Origin: Octopus sinensis
Taxonomy: Eukaryota
Reading direction: 5' to 3'
Assembly (NCBI RefSeq): GCF_006345805.1
Contig: NC_042997.1
Coordinates: forward strand, 17,112,001 to 17,176,000
DNA length: 64,000 nt
Position 1 is the first letter of the stretch. Each line of letters opens with the position of its first letter. The notes beneath the pieces are model-generated. The model was not told where the DNA came from. It was given only the letters and a program-made list of their open reading frames with translations, and ran no database searches. Of this stretch, positions 1 to 12,659 are shown piece after piece. The position numbers and the translations under genes were made by a program.

Positions 1-25
1 TATATATATATAAATAAATACGCAC

Positions 26-61
<36 letters not shown>

Positions 62-3000
62 CTGTGTACATGTACATTTATAGATGATGGCCTGTGTGAA
101 TGGCATGTAATCCAACAGATTTGCAAATAAATAGTCACTGAAGTGAAAAAGATTTACTGAGAGAAACTTTACAATCTATCTTGAAGTATACATACATCCA
201 TTCATACACACACACACACACACTTTAAAAATCAAGGGTAAGCTAAATAAACAATACAAAGCAAAGTTATCAAATAGAGATGTGAAGTTGCTGTTCAAGA
301 TCTCCTTAACTGGCTAACCATAACAATGAGTAAAAGGTAGAATAGTGAGTTTCAAGAATTAAATTATGGTCTTTGAGTTTTCAGAAAGAACAGGCACTGA
401 GTAACAGAATATTTTTAATAAACCCTATTTTGTATAATACTAAAGACATAGATACCATAGATAGAATCTCAATAAATAGAATTAAAAATTTCATTTACTT
501 TTGGTATATGCAACAGGTTAAGATCTCATTTTTGTTTTTGTATCTTTGATCACCATTTTCTTTTTTTTTTTAAATTTCATCATTCAAAGCTCGGAAAGTA
601 TAAAATTGATGTTTTGCTAAAGGTATATAATAAACATCCTGTAAAATTTTCTATACAAAATCCTGTTTTTAAATTTGAAATTCAAATTATTATTTCTTTG
701 TTTTCTTTTTTATTTAATTATAGAATTTACTTATGTTGAAAAATATTTTGTCAGAAAAATAAAAATCTATTTAAAAATAATTTATCTATTTTTTCTTTTT
801 TTTTTATTATTAATTTTTTTCTTTTTTAATCTGCAATTCTATTATGAAAATTGTTACAGGCAAAAATTCAGTGGGGGAAAATAATCCAGATTAGAAAATG
901 TTATAGAGAATAAAACGAAAATGAAAGAAACATTCTTCAAGGTTAAATTAATCTTAATGTAATTTTATTCAAAATTCAATAAAATATATAAAAAAAAAAT
1001 CTAGAATATTTTATTCACATTTTCCCTGACATAATTTATACATTTTATTTCAGATTTTTTCTGTCTGATTTATGAAGTGCAATACTAAGGCCTTTGCTTA
1101 ATACAGAAAATTAAAACCAATAAAGCAGCATATTCAGATTCATAAAGAATTGGTTTGTTTCAAAACTCTGCATTTGAATATATTCATACCAGCTCATTAA
1201 ATTGCAAGAATATTTTTCCCCATTTGTAAAGAACTTTATAATTTACACATGATTCTAAAATGTGTGGAAAATATGCTCTTTCCATATTAAGGAGCACATT
1301 ATATTAAACAACAATATATTCTGTAGCTTCCATTGGTAAAAATAAATTAAATGACACTATTTAAAATAAAATTTCATATTATTTGAACTGTAAAAGATTA
1401 CAGATAAGTCATTGTTTCCTCTGGGCAGTTCTGGAAACTGGAAGCCAAGAGCAAGTTACTCTTTTTATGAGATCTCTGCACTTTGTTATTCTCTTTTAAA
1501 GTATTTCCTCTGATTTTGGAAGAATGTTTTCTCTGTTAACATTTAAAAAAAATCATTTATAAATTTATTTTAATTCTAATTTCAGCAAATTTTCAGTTTT
1601 CTGCTTTTAATTTTAAAAATTGAAATTAGAAATAATTAAAAAGGAAATGAAATTTTGGTATTCAGCAGTATGAAACTGATTCTAATAATTTGTTTTTTTT
1701 TTATAACCGTTTGACAAAAGATTCTAACATGAAAAACATGTCAAGTAGATTACCTTCTGGGTAAATGCACCGTGACAAACACTGAGGCACATTTTAGTTC
1801 ATTTACTCAAGCCATTAGTTCTATAGCATGTTTCTGACATTTACAGTTTAGTTTATCTCCTTTAGATCAGAATAACACTAAAATCCTCGGCTACATTCAC
1901 TGAAGGTTTATAGATAGGCATCAAGTAATTTTAAAGCTGATTATATTTGCCTCAAGCAGTGTCACCAATTTTTGATTCACTCATTGAATATGCACTACCT
2001 AAACTTTTAGCATGAATACTAGTCATATGGTTATAACAGTCTAAGAATCAGAAGTTAAGATACTAATGAAAAATTCCTTGCATATCTTGGATACTGTGGT
2101 GATTGTTTCATTAAGTAAAATTTATTAACATAGAGAAGACAGTCTCCTGATCTGTGACAAAAAGGTTTTTCAGTTATTTGTCAGCGACTTTTGACACATT
2201 GTTCATCCTATCTGCCAATTCCTATTGGTGATACCACAGCTGTCACTTGCAAGAATTATTTTCATGTGTTCCACCAGCTAGTCATGTTTTCTTCTTGATT
2301 TGCTTTCACTTGTTTTGAAATTCTTATTTTACTCCAATGTCAAAATAATTGAACTTTCTCTTGTGCTACACAGCTCACTGAAGAACACACCTCCTTTCCA
2401 TAGAAGATTCCACTCATTCACTCTTTATTATTATTCAGCACTAATCTCTTCCCAAGGAATTCCGGTTAAAGAATGGGAAATATTTAATAGGTTTATGAGG
2501 GAAGTCTGATGCACAACTACTTCAAATTTGCATGTAGAACATAAGTTGGTTATTGATTCATTTTTTTATATTACATGTATGTTAGGAGGGTGGTGCTATT
2601 TTCAACACATACACATGTCAGTTTACATGTGAAAATGAAACAAAGCCTACAAAGTAGGTTGTCTCATTTGAATATATTAAATGATGGCTCTACTACTGTG
2701 GTTACTACTACTACTACTACTACTACAAGTAGTAGTAGTTATCAAAATAATAACAACAAACATATAAAAGGTTATTGTAAACATAAGGATAGGCCCTTTA
2801 ACTTTTGATTTTATGGAGTTTATCTTAATTGCTAGTGTAAAGCAAAGGAACTTGTAATTTGTCAGGAGAAAGTTTTGATTCTGAAAGTTTAAGTTTAAGC
2901 GATAATTTGCTATCCTTAAGTCCTTTCAGAGTTAAAACAATAAATACTAGTTTGATTAAAAAGGGTTCTTAGATGTCCAACTGAATAAGCAATTAACATT

Positions 3001-4131
3001 ATAGTTAATTGTTTCAAGGTTTGAGTTATTGAAGAAATTTATGGTAGGTGAATTGCTACTATCAAGTCCATGATTCAAATGTATATCTCATGTGTTCAAT
3101 GCAACTAAAACTGAAATAAACTTCTAATATTCAAGTCAACCTTGTTTTGAAACTCTATTAATAAAATAACTGATGCATAATATTGACATACAGGGTGGGG
3201 CAAAAGTCAAGCACCAGTAAAATAACACTTTGCCATAACATCTTTATATTTGTTATATTTTGTAAGTAAATGTGATAAATGTTTAAAAAAATTATGATTA
3301 TTTTTATTTTAGAACCATGTCCAAAATACTGTAATGTTAATTTCACCAGCTGATTGACTGGCAGACGAGGCTTGTTGTGTATGTATGTGCATATGTATGT
3401 GTATGCATGCCCCTTTGTACTTGTGTTTGTCACACACCATTTTACAACTGGTGTTTGTTTTATTTTCATATTATTTAACATTTTAGTTAAAAGGGACACA
3501 TAGAATCAGTACTGGACTTAAAATATATTCTGGGATTGATTTGATCAACTAAAACCTTCAAAGCAAGGCTGAAACAAGTAAAAGAACACTAATATTCTTT
3601 TATTTTTTAAATGTTCAGTTATTGCACTTCAGTTTTACAGTTTAATCTGGGAGAGAAGGGCAGAGCTAATAATGTTTTGTAGCCATTCTACAAAACTTTT
3701 TTTGATATAAACATAGGTACACCTTTATGTACATGCATAAATACAGACACATTTGTACATGTATATAAATATGACGTTAGTGGTAAATCAGAAACCATAG
3801 TAAAAGATCTGAGGTGCTGCAAAACGGGATTAAACTTGAAATTATGCAGTTATGAAGTGGACATTTTATCTGCACATCCAAGCTTAAGTACTTTAAAAAG
3901 CATATTGATTTGTACTTTATAATAGTTATTTAGCCCTTGGTCATCCCAATCAAGCTGGCTCATGATCAAAGGTAGTCAAGACCGAACCATATCATCTTCT
4001 ATTCAATGAATTCTTGAAAAATAGTGGTGAGGTCAGACCTGAAAATATTGGGCCTCTCGGAAGAGATGGTACATGTGTGTCTAACTAGAAAATCTCTTTC
4101 TCTCCCTTTCTCTATATATGCATGTGTGTGC

Positions 4132-4191
<60 letters not shown>

Positions 4192-5472
4192 TTATGCATA
4201 TATACATGTGCATGAATGCGCACGTATACATACACAGGCTGAAATGAAGAACTTGATGATGATGATGATGACACCAATGATAATATCAATGATGGTAAAA
4301 AGAAAAGTTGTAATTAGGGTAGTTTTTTAATGTAATCAGAAGAGATATATGTACATAAAATGAATATCATAGCCAATAAATTTTTATGAATTGAAAGGAA
4401 TGCATATGTATTTAGAAAAAAGATTTATGGAGAGAGAAGTGAAATTTGATTTACAAGCACTGCAAAATTCCTTTGATTATTTAACTTGAGCTATTTCTTA
4501 TAATGTTCATTGTTACAAAGGTTTACATTGATCATGTTAAATGGTTCATTTTGTTAAGTCAACCCAGTTGATACCTTTCATTTATAATATCTTAATATTT
4601 TACAAGAAATAATTTTGCTTTTATCCTACATGGTTTAACTAAAGCTAAAGTACAGGTCTTCATCTGTTTTGAACCTTATGTTTTTAGATGGGTCCCTTCT
4701 GATATATGCATTTGGATCAAGCCTTCTACTGGACAATAAGTTCCTCTCATTCTCTAATTAATTTCAGTGGTCCTGAAAGAGGATCACATGAAAAGAGCTG
4801 TACCCTCTGAACAGTTCTTTTCATCCAACAATTATACAATAAAATAATGCAATTACTAGGAAGGTTGTTGTTGTTGGAAGGCATTGGAGTGCTAGAATCA
4901 GTAGAGTGATGGGTAAACTGTAATGTAGTATTTACTTGCATACTTTTATACTCTGAGTTTAAATTGTACCAAGGTTGACTTTATTTCATATTCCTTTCAG
5001 ATTAATAAAATAAGGCCAACTAGAGTCCTGCAGTTGATTTAACTGGCTATAACCATTCTCACATTTGAGTTACTGTGCCTATGTCAGAAATCAATATTGT
5101 TGTTGCTACTGTTGGTTTATTACTATTTTAGTTGTTACAATTTTTTTAAATTTCCAAATAAAGCTGGGTCAGGCTCAACTATTTTCAAAATTTTAGATTT
5201 TCTAAATTTCATGATCGACTTTACACACACACACACACACAAATTTCTCTCTTTTCACATCACTCAGTTGCTTAGCTTATTTGCTTTCCATTCCTTTTGC
5301 TGTTATTCACTGAAATTATATAATTTCCTGTTTAATCATTTGCTATAAATATGGAAATAAATGAAAACTGTCTACCAATTTGTAGAATCCCTGAAGCCAA
5401 GCTGTTACAATGGAATACTTTAACCCAGGTCACATTTTATTTGCTTGTGAATGAGACAGAATGTATATATAC

Positions 5473-5537
5473 CACCCCAACCAAGGCCATCACCTATGTC
5501 AAGCTCATCACCACTACTCATACCAAATAAATAAACT
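5473..5537 (-). CDS. Candidate internal exon, unidentified protein (VYLFGMSSGDELDIGDGLGWG)
   Basis: Minus-strand acceptor tttttatacttttattttag and donor G|gtatat. Only one frame is open (phase 2 in, phase 1 out), compatible with candidate micro-exon 7543-7558. No recognised homology; an overlapping + strand open frame also exists. Confidence 0.25.
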
Positions 5538-6697
5538 CTAAAATAAAAGTATAAAAACAGATTTTGTCACTCAAAAAAACAAATTGGTTAAAATGAACAC
5601 TAAAAAAATTGTTTAAATGCTATTAATGATTAAAAAAGTATGTAACAGTATAAACAAAAATCATGAAAAAATGGATGATGGGGGACACTTCAAAATGGAA
5701 ATTTTTTTAAATGAGTAGAAATGTGAGGATACAGAAAAAAAAAATTAAAGCGGAAATTATATCTTTACACTAAGAGAAATTGAAAATTTAATTTCTCAAC
5801 AGTTCAGGATAATTTTTCACAATTTCAGCTAGAATTCAAGAAAAATTAAAAAACTAAAAATTTTCTATGATAACATAATGTTGTCAAACTATGTCACTTT
5901 CATTTTCTTTCATTCACTTATTGCTTCTTCTCTTATCCAACTTTCAACTCTTCATGCCTCTTATTTGCTATTTCCTGCTGTTGTTTCTTCCTTTTTCCAT
6001 TTTAAAATTCTTCTACTTCTTGCTGCTGCTGCTTCTACTACTACTACTACTACTACTACTACTAATAATAATAATAATGATAATAATGATAATGATGATG
6101 ATGTTGTAGAGAGAAATGGTAGAGTATCTGACAAAACGTGTTTCAGTATTTAGTTTTATCTAATCCTGCTCAAGCTGACACTGCTTGTCATTTTCATACC
6201 GAAGAAAATTCATACCAAAAATGTATTGGAGTTAATCCAGTTCTTAAATCTAAATCTTGAAAATATGTCTCCTTGTGCCGTGTGATATTTTAAGGTAATA
6301 TTTCCGTGAACTGCATCTGTTTTATAGTTTGGTTTTCAATATTGAAAATCATTTCATTTACACTACTAATTTATTTTGGAAAGGCTTTAATAACAGTTTC
6401 TTCACATCTAAGACTATCTGATTTCATATAGTCATTATCAAAATCTGCCACTTTGTGAACTGGTAAGTGTGTTGCAAGAGATACAATCTTTGCCTTTCTG
6501 TCTTGCTCAGTAATCAGCTAATCCCATGTTTTTGTTAATTTTCTGTACTGTCCATTCCTTGGTCTTGCTTAATTAACCCCCTCAGGATCCTTTCTATACC
6601 AATTTTATTGAGGGTACTCCATTTTGTCAATGAATAACCATATTCACTTGATATAGTGTGTCTTAGATCATGTTACATAAACTCAATCGTTTCAGTT

Positions 6698-6733
6698 GAT
6701 AGTGAGTTTCAGAGTTTGCAATGTTTTCATCAG
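6698..6733 (-). other. Decayed hammerhead-like motif
   Basis: Minus strand CTGATGA-(16 nt, no stem II)-GAAAC-TCACT-ATC. Core words are in the right order but the helices do not form. Confidence 0.15.
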
Positions 6734-7542
6734 TTTCTTTTGAATAGCTAAACTGTCTCTCATTACTTGAACTTTATCAACTCTGAATATCAAGGCATGT
6801 AACAAAAGTACCACAAGGCTTTTTGTTCACTGCTTTCCTAAGTCTACCATTCTATCAAACTTGAACTGTCTGTTGTAATGAATTATAACTTGAAATAAGA
6901 CAACAAATTTGCTAGGAAAAAATATATTGTTGATTCAATTGATCTCCACATGCATGACAATTAGTCATTTTAATGACTCAAAAAGTAGAAAAGCAAAGTA
7001 AACCCCTTCAAGGGTTTATCTTGCCTTTCTACTTTCCAAGTTGAAACCCATCAGATTTTCAACCTGGAATACAGAAGAACAACTCCAAATGATTGCTAGT
7101 GATGTAATCAAATATTCTGTTGTTATTTCACCTTCCTAAGCCTATCTGTAATTATTCAGCCATTTGCAATCAAATAATGTATAGCCAAAAATGCATTGAA
7201 CTTTCAAGCCAGTATAGATAATGACATATCAAGTACATGGCAGCACTTACTACCCTAAATGTCCATGCTATAAATTATTGAACAAAATGGACCAGAAATG
7301 TGAGCCTCTACCCTAACCATACACTCACTCACAAAAAGCCACAGCAACAACAAGGGAAAATGAACTCTTTAGATCTGTGTTTATTCATTGCTCTATTTTA
7401 TATTTTTATCCTTTCTTCAATATTTCTTCAACAAAATCACTTTCTCATCTTTCATCTTTAAAAAAATCCCAAACTCCATTAAATTGGTAGTCATAGCTTC
7501 AAAATAGTTTTATTTTCTTTTGCAGTCAGACATCTTTCTTAC

Positions 7543-7558
7543 ATCCTGCCTTGATCAT
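7543..7558 (-). CDS. Candidate 16-nt micro-exon (xDQGRI)
   Basis: Strong minus acceptor (gtgcc-T8-ag) and donor gtaaga. The phase 1-to-2 frame is open and joins 12189-12216 to 5473-5537 in frame. Confidence 0.25.
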
Positions 7559-8564
7559 CTAAAAAAAAGGCACAAAAAAACAACAAAATAAACATGTGTC
7601 CATCACGGACATTTGTTTGTTGTTGTTTGTGTAGGAAGCAGTAATGTCAAAGACTTCTGCTTTCTTTGATAACTAACAGCATCTTAACAATTCCTCTATT
7701 ATCAAACAAGTAGAAAATCTTAGTTTATTATATTATAATTTTTTTGTCATAATCATTCTGATTACACACACATATATGCACATACATATAAACACCCCTA
7801 TATAAACATATATATTGGTAACCCTCTCTCTCTCTCTCTCTCCACACACACACACATATATATATTTATAGGATGGGTAGGCTGTATTTATCAGTTTGTT
7901 TAATTCATTATTGAATTTTTCAGAGATTGCATGAAAAAAATGATCACCAGACTGTTAATATGTTAGAAGAAAGGCAGAATAAGTAAGTTCAGCAGACAAA
8001 ATGAAGAAGAATTTAGAGAAGAGATGGAGTAAAATTTGAAAATGAGAGCATTAAATACCATATTCTGATAGAAACCAACACTATGTATTTGACTTTGAAA
8101 GAAAGATTGAGACATTTTAGTTGAAAGATAAGGTGAGAAACTGATATTAAAGTATTTTTACAATTGCATGAGTGGATCTGATTTCTTGAGCTTAGTTGCT
8201 TTCAATTGCTGAAGAATTAGAAAATGTATGAAAGTTTAAACAGGATGATTAAGTTAGGTGTTCTATAGTTTAGTTGAATGAAGAAATTTATGACATTGTA
8301 AAGTTGTGAGATTACATGAAATTCTACAGAATTAGAGAAACTCTAGAAGTCATAGAAATGTTGTTAGATTGGTTGATAAATAATTAAAATATTGTCAGAT
8401 TAGAAGAACTACAATAATTATAGAACAAGAAATAAAGAGAAGACTCTAGGCAATACAATAAATTTATGAAGTGACTCTAAATTTTCATGTTATTAAGTAT
8501 TGGTAAGGTAATAAAAGGTTGAATAATTATATAAAAGTATATCGTTTATCATTTACTTGTTTCA

Positions 8565-8945
8565 ATTGTTAATCTGTGGCCATGCTGGTGCACCATCTTG
8601 AAGTTTCAGTTGAACAAATTGACCCCAGTACTTATTTTTTTAAGTCCAGTACTTATTCTATCGATTCTTTGGCTGAATCGCTAGTTACAATCACATAAAC
8701 CAACACTGGTTATTAAGTGGTGTGTAGGTATGGGGAGACAAACACAAAGACACACACACATGCACACTCAGGCATACACACACACATACACATGATGAGT
8801 TCCCGCACAGTTTTCTTTTACCAAATTCATTCACAAGGCATTGATTGGTCTGGGGCTATAGTAAAAGAGACTTGACCAAGATGCCACACATGTGACTGAA
8901 CTTGAAATCATTTGGTTGCAAAGTGAGCAAAGTGCCTATTGCCAT
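8565..8945 (-). mobile_element. tRNA-derived SINE family B (internal microsatellite), degraded
   Basis: Similar to the 19410-19800 copy (ccatgctgg..cacc, gtacttattctatcg, ccaaattcattcacaaggc, tgactgaac). Confidence 0.7.
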
Positions 8946-10316
8946 GTTAAATTGAAAGTAATAAAAAGTAGTTAAACTAAAAAAGAAACAAACTAAAAGT
9001 AATTTTGGAATTAGAATAAATTGAAAGATATGTTCAATATCAGGAAAGAAAGCGAACTTTTATTAGTGGACTAATATGAAGGCTGATAACTAATGTAGCC
9101 TAGATGTTTATGAGAGAAAGTTATATAAAAGTATGAATGCAAGAAGTGAAGAAGTAGAAAAATGAAAAAGACAGGAATTGCTTAATTATGGATACAAATA
9201 TATGATAGCTAATAAGTGCAAATATCTAGTGAAAGATCACTAAACAACAATTATGTTAAAAGGTAGTAACGTTTCATTATATAAATAAATATATGCTAGA
9301 ACAAAATATATATGTGCAAGGAACTGCTCAAAGACCTTAAAATTATACAAATATGTATGAATGCAAGAAAAAACCTGTTAAGTTATGACCTGGTTTTTGC
9401 ATAAACGCCAACATCTAAGGCATGCACATGGACATAAAAATATACCAACTTATGTATTAAAATACCTACATACTCTCTCAGCCTCTCCCTATATATATAA
9501 TCAGAGAGAGAGAGAGAGAAAGTGAGCTACAAGCATACTCAAGCATACATGTACTGATGTGCACATACAGAGATATTTGCATTCATATATGTTAATACAT
9601 ACACATCTAAGGACACATAAATACATGTTAACACAGTTATACTTATCAATATATATATATATTGATAAGTAAACGCATACACACACACAAAAATATGTGT
9701 ACATATGCTTACACATCCTACACCTGCATGCATTCATATACAGGTAAAGGATGTAAATACTTGTGAGGGCAGAGTAGTGCATATATGGAATAGAAAAGGA
9801 TATTGTCAGTGGGAAAATTATGCAAAAAAAAAATAGAAAAGCAGATAAATATATAATTGTTCACTTTCTTGTCTCATCAAATATTTCTAAACTGAATCAA
9901 AGAACCACTAACCTAACTGGTAATAATCACATCAGCCCTAGTACTTACATGCTAAATTCTAATTGTTGAGCTAAGAATGCAGTTTACCAGTGTACATAAA
10001 TACCAATAACTCACTTCAGGCAAATATTATCTCAGTGCTGATTTATTTATACAGCTGCAATCAAAATATTCATAAATTCACTCTGATGGAACAACACTTT
10101 GCTATCCTACTACATTTGGAATTTTGATACGAAGAATAAATGAAGTAACTTAAGATGAGCCGTTTTATGTAAAGTAAAATCTTATTCAGAAATAAAAGAT
10201 CTTGTACAACTGGGAGCTTAGAAATCCTTTTTTCTTTTTGCTAACACCTCCATCCTAAACAAATACTCTGAAAAAAATTTCAACTTGCTAATATTTAAAA
10301 CCAAGATATTAAGAAC

Positions 10317-10865
10317 ATGTTGGATCAAGTGAAGAAAGTCATAAAGAGGGTCATAGTCCAACTAATTAAGGAAAGAGTTAGTTTAGATGAGATGTAGTTT
10401 GGATTTGCACCAGGAAGAAACTCTACTGATGCTATATTTTTGGTAAGACAGCTGCCAGAGAAATGCCTAGCCAAAGATAAACTTCTGTACTTGGCTTTTG
10501 TTGACATGGAGAAAACCTTTGACAGGGTACTCCAATCTCTTAACTGGTGGTCAATGAAGAAACTAAGGAAAGATGAGTGGTTGGTGAGAGCTATATAAGT
10601 CATGTACAGGGATGCTGTTAGTAAGGTGAGGGTTGGCAATGAATATAGTGAAGAATTCAGGGTAGGGGTAGGAGATCACCAAGGGCCAGCCCTCAACCCC
10701 CCACTTGTTCATCATAGTCTTCCAGGCAATAACAGAGGAATTCAAGACAGGCTGCTCCTGGGAGCTCCTCTATGCTGATGACCTTGCTCTAATAGCTGAG
10801 TCACTACAAGACCTAGAGAAAGAAGTTTCAGGTGTGGAAGCATGGTCTAGAATTGAAGGGTCTAG
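10317..10865 (+). mobile_element. RTE-clade LINE reverse transcriptase fragment (family 1), pseudogenised
   Basis: Translates as LDQVKKVIKRV..*FGFAPGRNSTDAIFLVRQL..LYLAFVDMEKTFDRV..HQGPALNP/LFIIVFQAITEEFKTGCSWELLYADDLALIAES. YADD motif present, with stops and a frameshift. Confidence 0.92.
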
Positions 10866-11225
10866 CTTCATTAGGCAGCTGCATTCCTAGGTGTTAGGGT
10901 AGATCTTAAAGTTCTTCTGTAAAGCTTTGAGTATATCCTTCAAGTGGTTTTTCTGTCCATCTTGTGTGCACTTGCCTTCCACCAGTTCCCTGTAAAACAA
11001 TCTTTTGGGGAGATTGTGCTCTTCTCAGCAGTGTGTAAATACTTGGCAGATCAGTTTGAGAGAGGTCCTGTATGTCTGGGACTTTGTCTTGTCATGGAGA
11101 ATAGTATTGAATCTGCCTGATTTTTTCTGTAACAATTTCCCTTGATGACACATTGAGGCCCCCAGTCCAAGTACACATGTATCTCATTACTATCACCTTT
11201 CAATGACTTCTTTAGACATATTTTT
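10866..11225 (-). mobile_element. RTE-1/BovB-like LINE ORF C-terminal fragment (family 2)
   Basis: Minus strand LSQTDLPSIYTLLRRAQ / LPKRLFYRELVEGKCTQDGQKNHLKDILKALQKNFKIYPNT, typical of the RTE-1 post-RT region. Confidence 0.8.
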
Positions 11226-11779
11226 GAGCCATAACAAACGTATAGAATTATTTTTGTAAACCCTCTTATTTTAAAATTTACCTTTCTCCAAGAGACAGCA
11301 CTTGTAATTCATAAAAAACAAAAAATAAAATAAAAACGAAGGCTCGGCTTTGTCACACACTGTCATAGTGATTCTACTTTAGGATTATATTAAGGTTAAA
11401 AGAGTCTGTGAAATGATATTGCAATTCAGTGAGTAGGTACTCAACTGAACTACTGGAACTCTTATTGAAGTCAATGAAAAATCCATTCATAAGGTGTCTT
11501 GAACAATAACACATTCATTTTCCTTCTCATTTTCTCTCACTCTTTCTTCTCTCTGTCTTCCTCATCCATATTTTTTCTCTAAACTGAAAGAAGTAAAAAC
11601 CACCTTCAATTCTCTGTAGTGTTTCAGACTTCCTCCTCCTTATCATCATCCCTTACCACCAATCCTGACTCTTTATATCTGAGTGTATCTCTTTCCCATT
11701 TCTCTAGCTTTATTTCCTTTCCTTTCTTCCCACTCTCCTTTTTCTCTCTGCATTTTGGGTTAACCAGTATGGAAATCTC

Positions 11780-12160
11780 ATAAGAATCGAGGTGATGATG
11801 ATAGTAGAGGTGGTGGAGAGGGAGAGTAGCAGACAGCAGCAGCAGCAGTAGTGGTGGTGGTGGTGGTAGTAGTGGTGATGGTGGCGATAGAGGTGGTGGT
11901 GGTGACAGTGATGATGGTAGTAGTGGTAGTTACTGTTGTTGTAGTAGCATGGACATGAAACTTGCTGCTATCTGAAGGAGTAAGACTAGGAGGGAAAGAA
12001 GAGGGAAAAGGAAAAGAGAGAAAAGGGAAAGTAGAGAAGTAGTAAGAGAAGGGGCATGAAGAGAAGTATGAAGGAATGAATACAAATAAGGAGGGGGCAG
12101 ATAATATACCACTACCACCCCACCTCCACTAGTAATAACAACAACAACAACAACTATGAC
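11780..12160. repeat. Low-complexity (GGT/AGT/GCA)n, purine-rich and (AAC)n tract
   Basis: Directly visible trinucleotide and GA-rich runs. Confidence 0.85.
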
Positions 12161-12188
12161 AATGGATACAACAGGTAGTTGTCAACAC

Positions 12189-12216
12189 CTTTATGTCCAA
12201 ATGAAATATTTATTGG
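12189..12216 (-). CDS. Candidate exon (PINISFGHK)
   Basis: Acceptor tttttactgtctttccag; weak donor AAG|gtgttg. Only the phase-0 frame is open. Confidence 0.2.
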
Positions 12217-12312
12217 CTGGAAAGACAGTAAAAATGAATCATCAAGCTCTTAATTAGGTAACAGGCCTGAAACATCCAAGGGAGGAGGACCAAAGCAATA
12301 AAAAATTGATAC

Positions 12313-12380
12313 CTGCAAATTGGTATGGTGAGAAGGTGGGGCAGCAGGGGTAGTAGACAGACTGTGTTGGTTTGAGAGAG
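12313..12380 (-). CDS. Candidate exon (LSNQHSLSTTPAAPPSHHTNLQ)
   Basis: Acceptor gtttgttctccag and donor CAG|gtatca, with a 96-nt intron to 12189-12216. All three frames are open, so the frame was chosen for phase compatibility. Confidence 0.22.
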
Positions 12381-12659
12381 CTGGAGAACAAACTGGTTGC
12401 CATAGTGAAACAGCAAAGTATCTTTGTAGATAATAATTTTGTTTGAATGGTTTCAATATAATTGAGACATGTCCCCTCCCTGTCCTCACATCCCACCCAC
12501 TGCACTAACACCCCTCCTTCTTTACTTCCTCTTTCCTGTAGAGAGGTGTGTGTTGCGTTTGTGCACATATAGATGTGTGATGGGTGGGGAACAGTTTGGG
12601 CCCTGTTGCTTCATGGTTCCATGAATTCATGACTTCCTTTCCGTGCTAGGGTGTTGTTA

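Noticed and set aside
8100-8500. Purine-rich stretch suggesting a decayed LINE ORF
   Set aside because: No recognisable motif in any frame.
12310-12385. Frame reading SVYYPCCPTFSPY, reminiscent of nicotinic receptor loop C
   Set aside because: No flanking beta-strand, Cys-loop or transmembrane exons are recognisable, and all three frames are open; probably chance.
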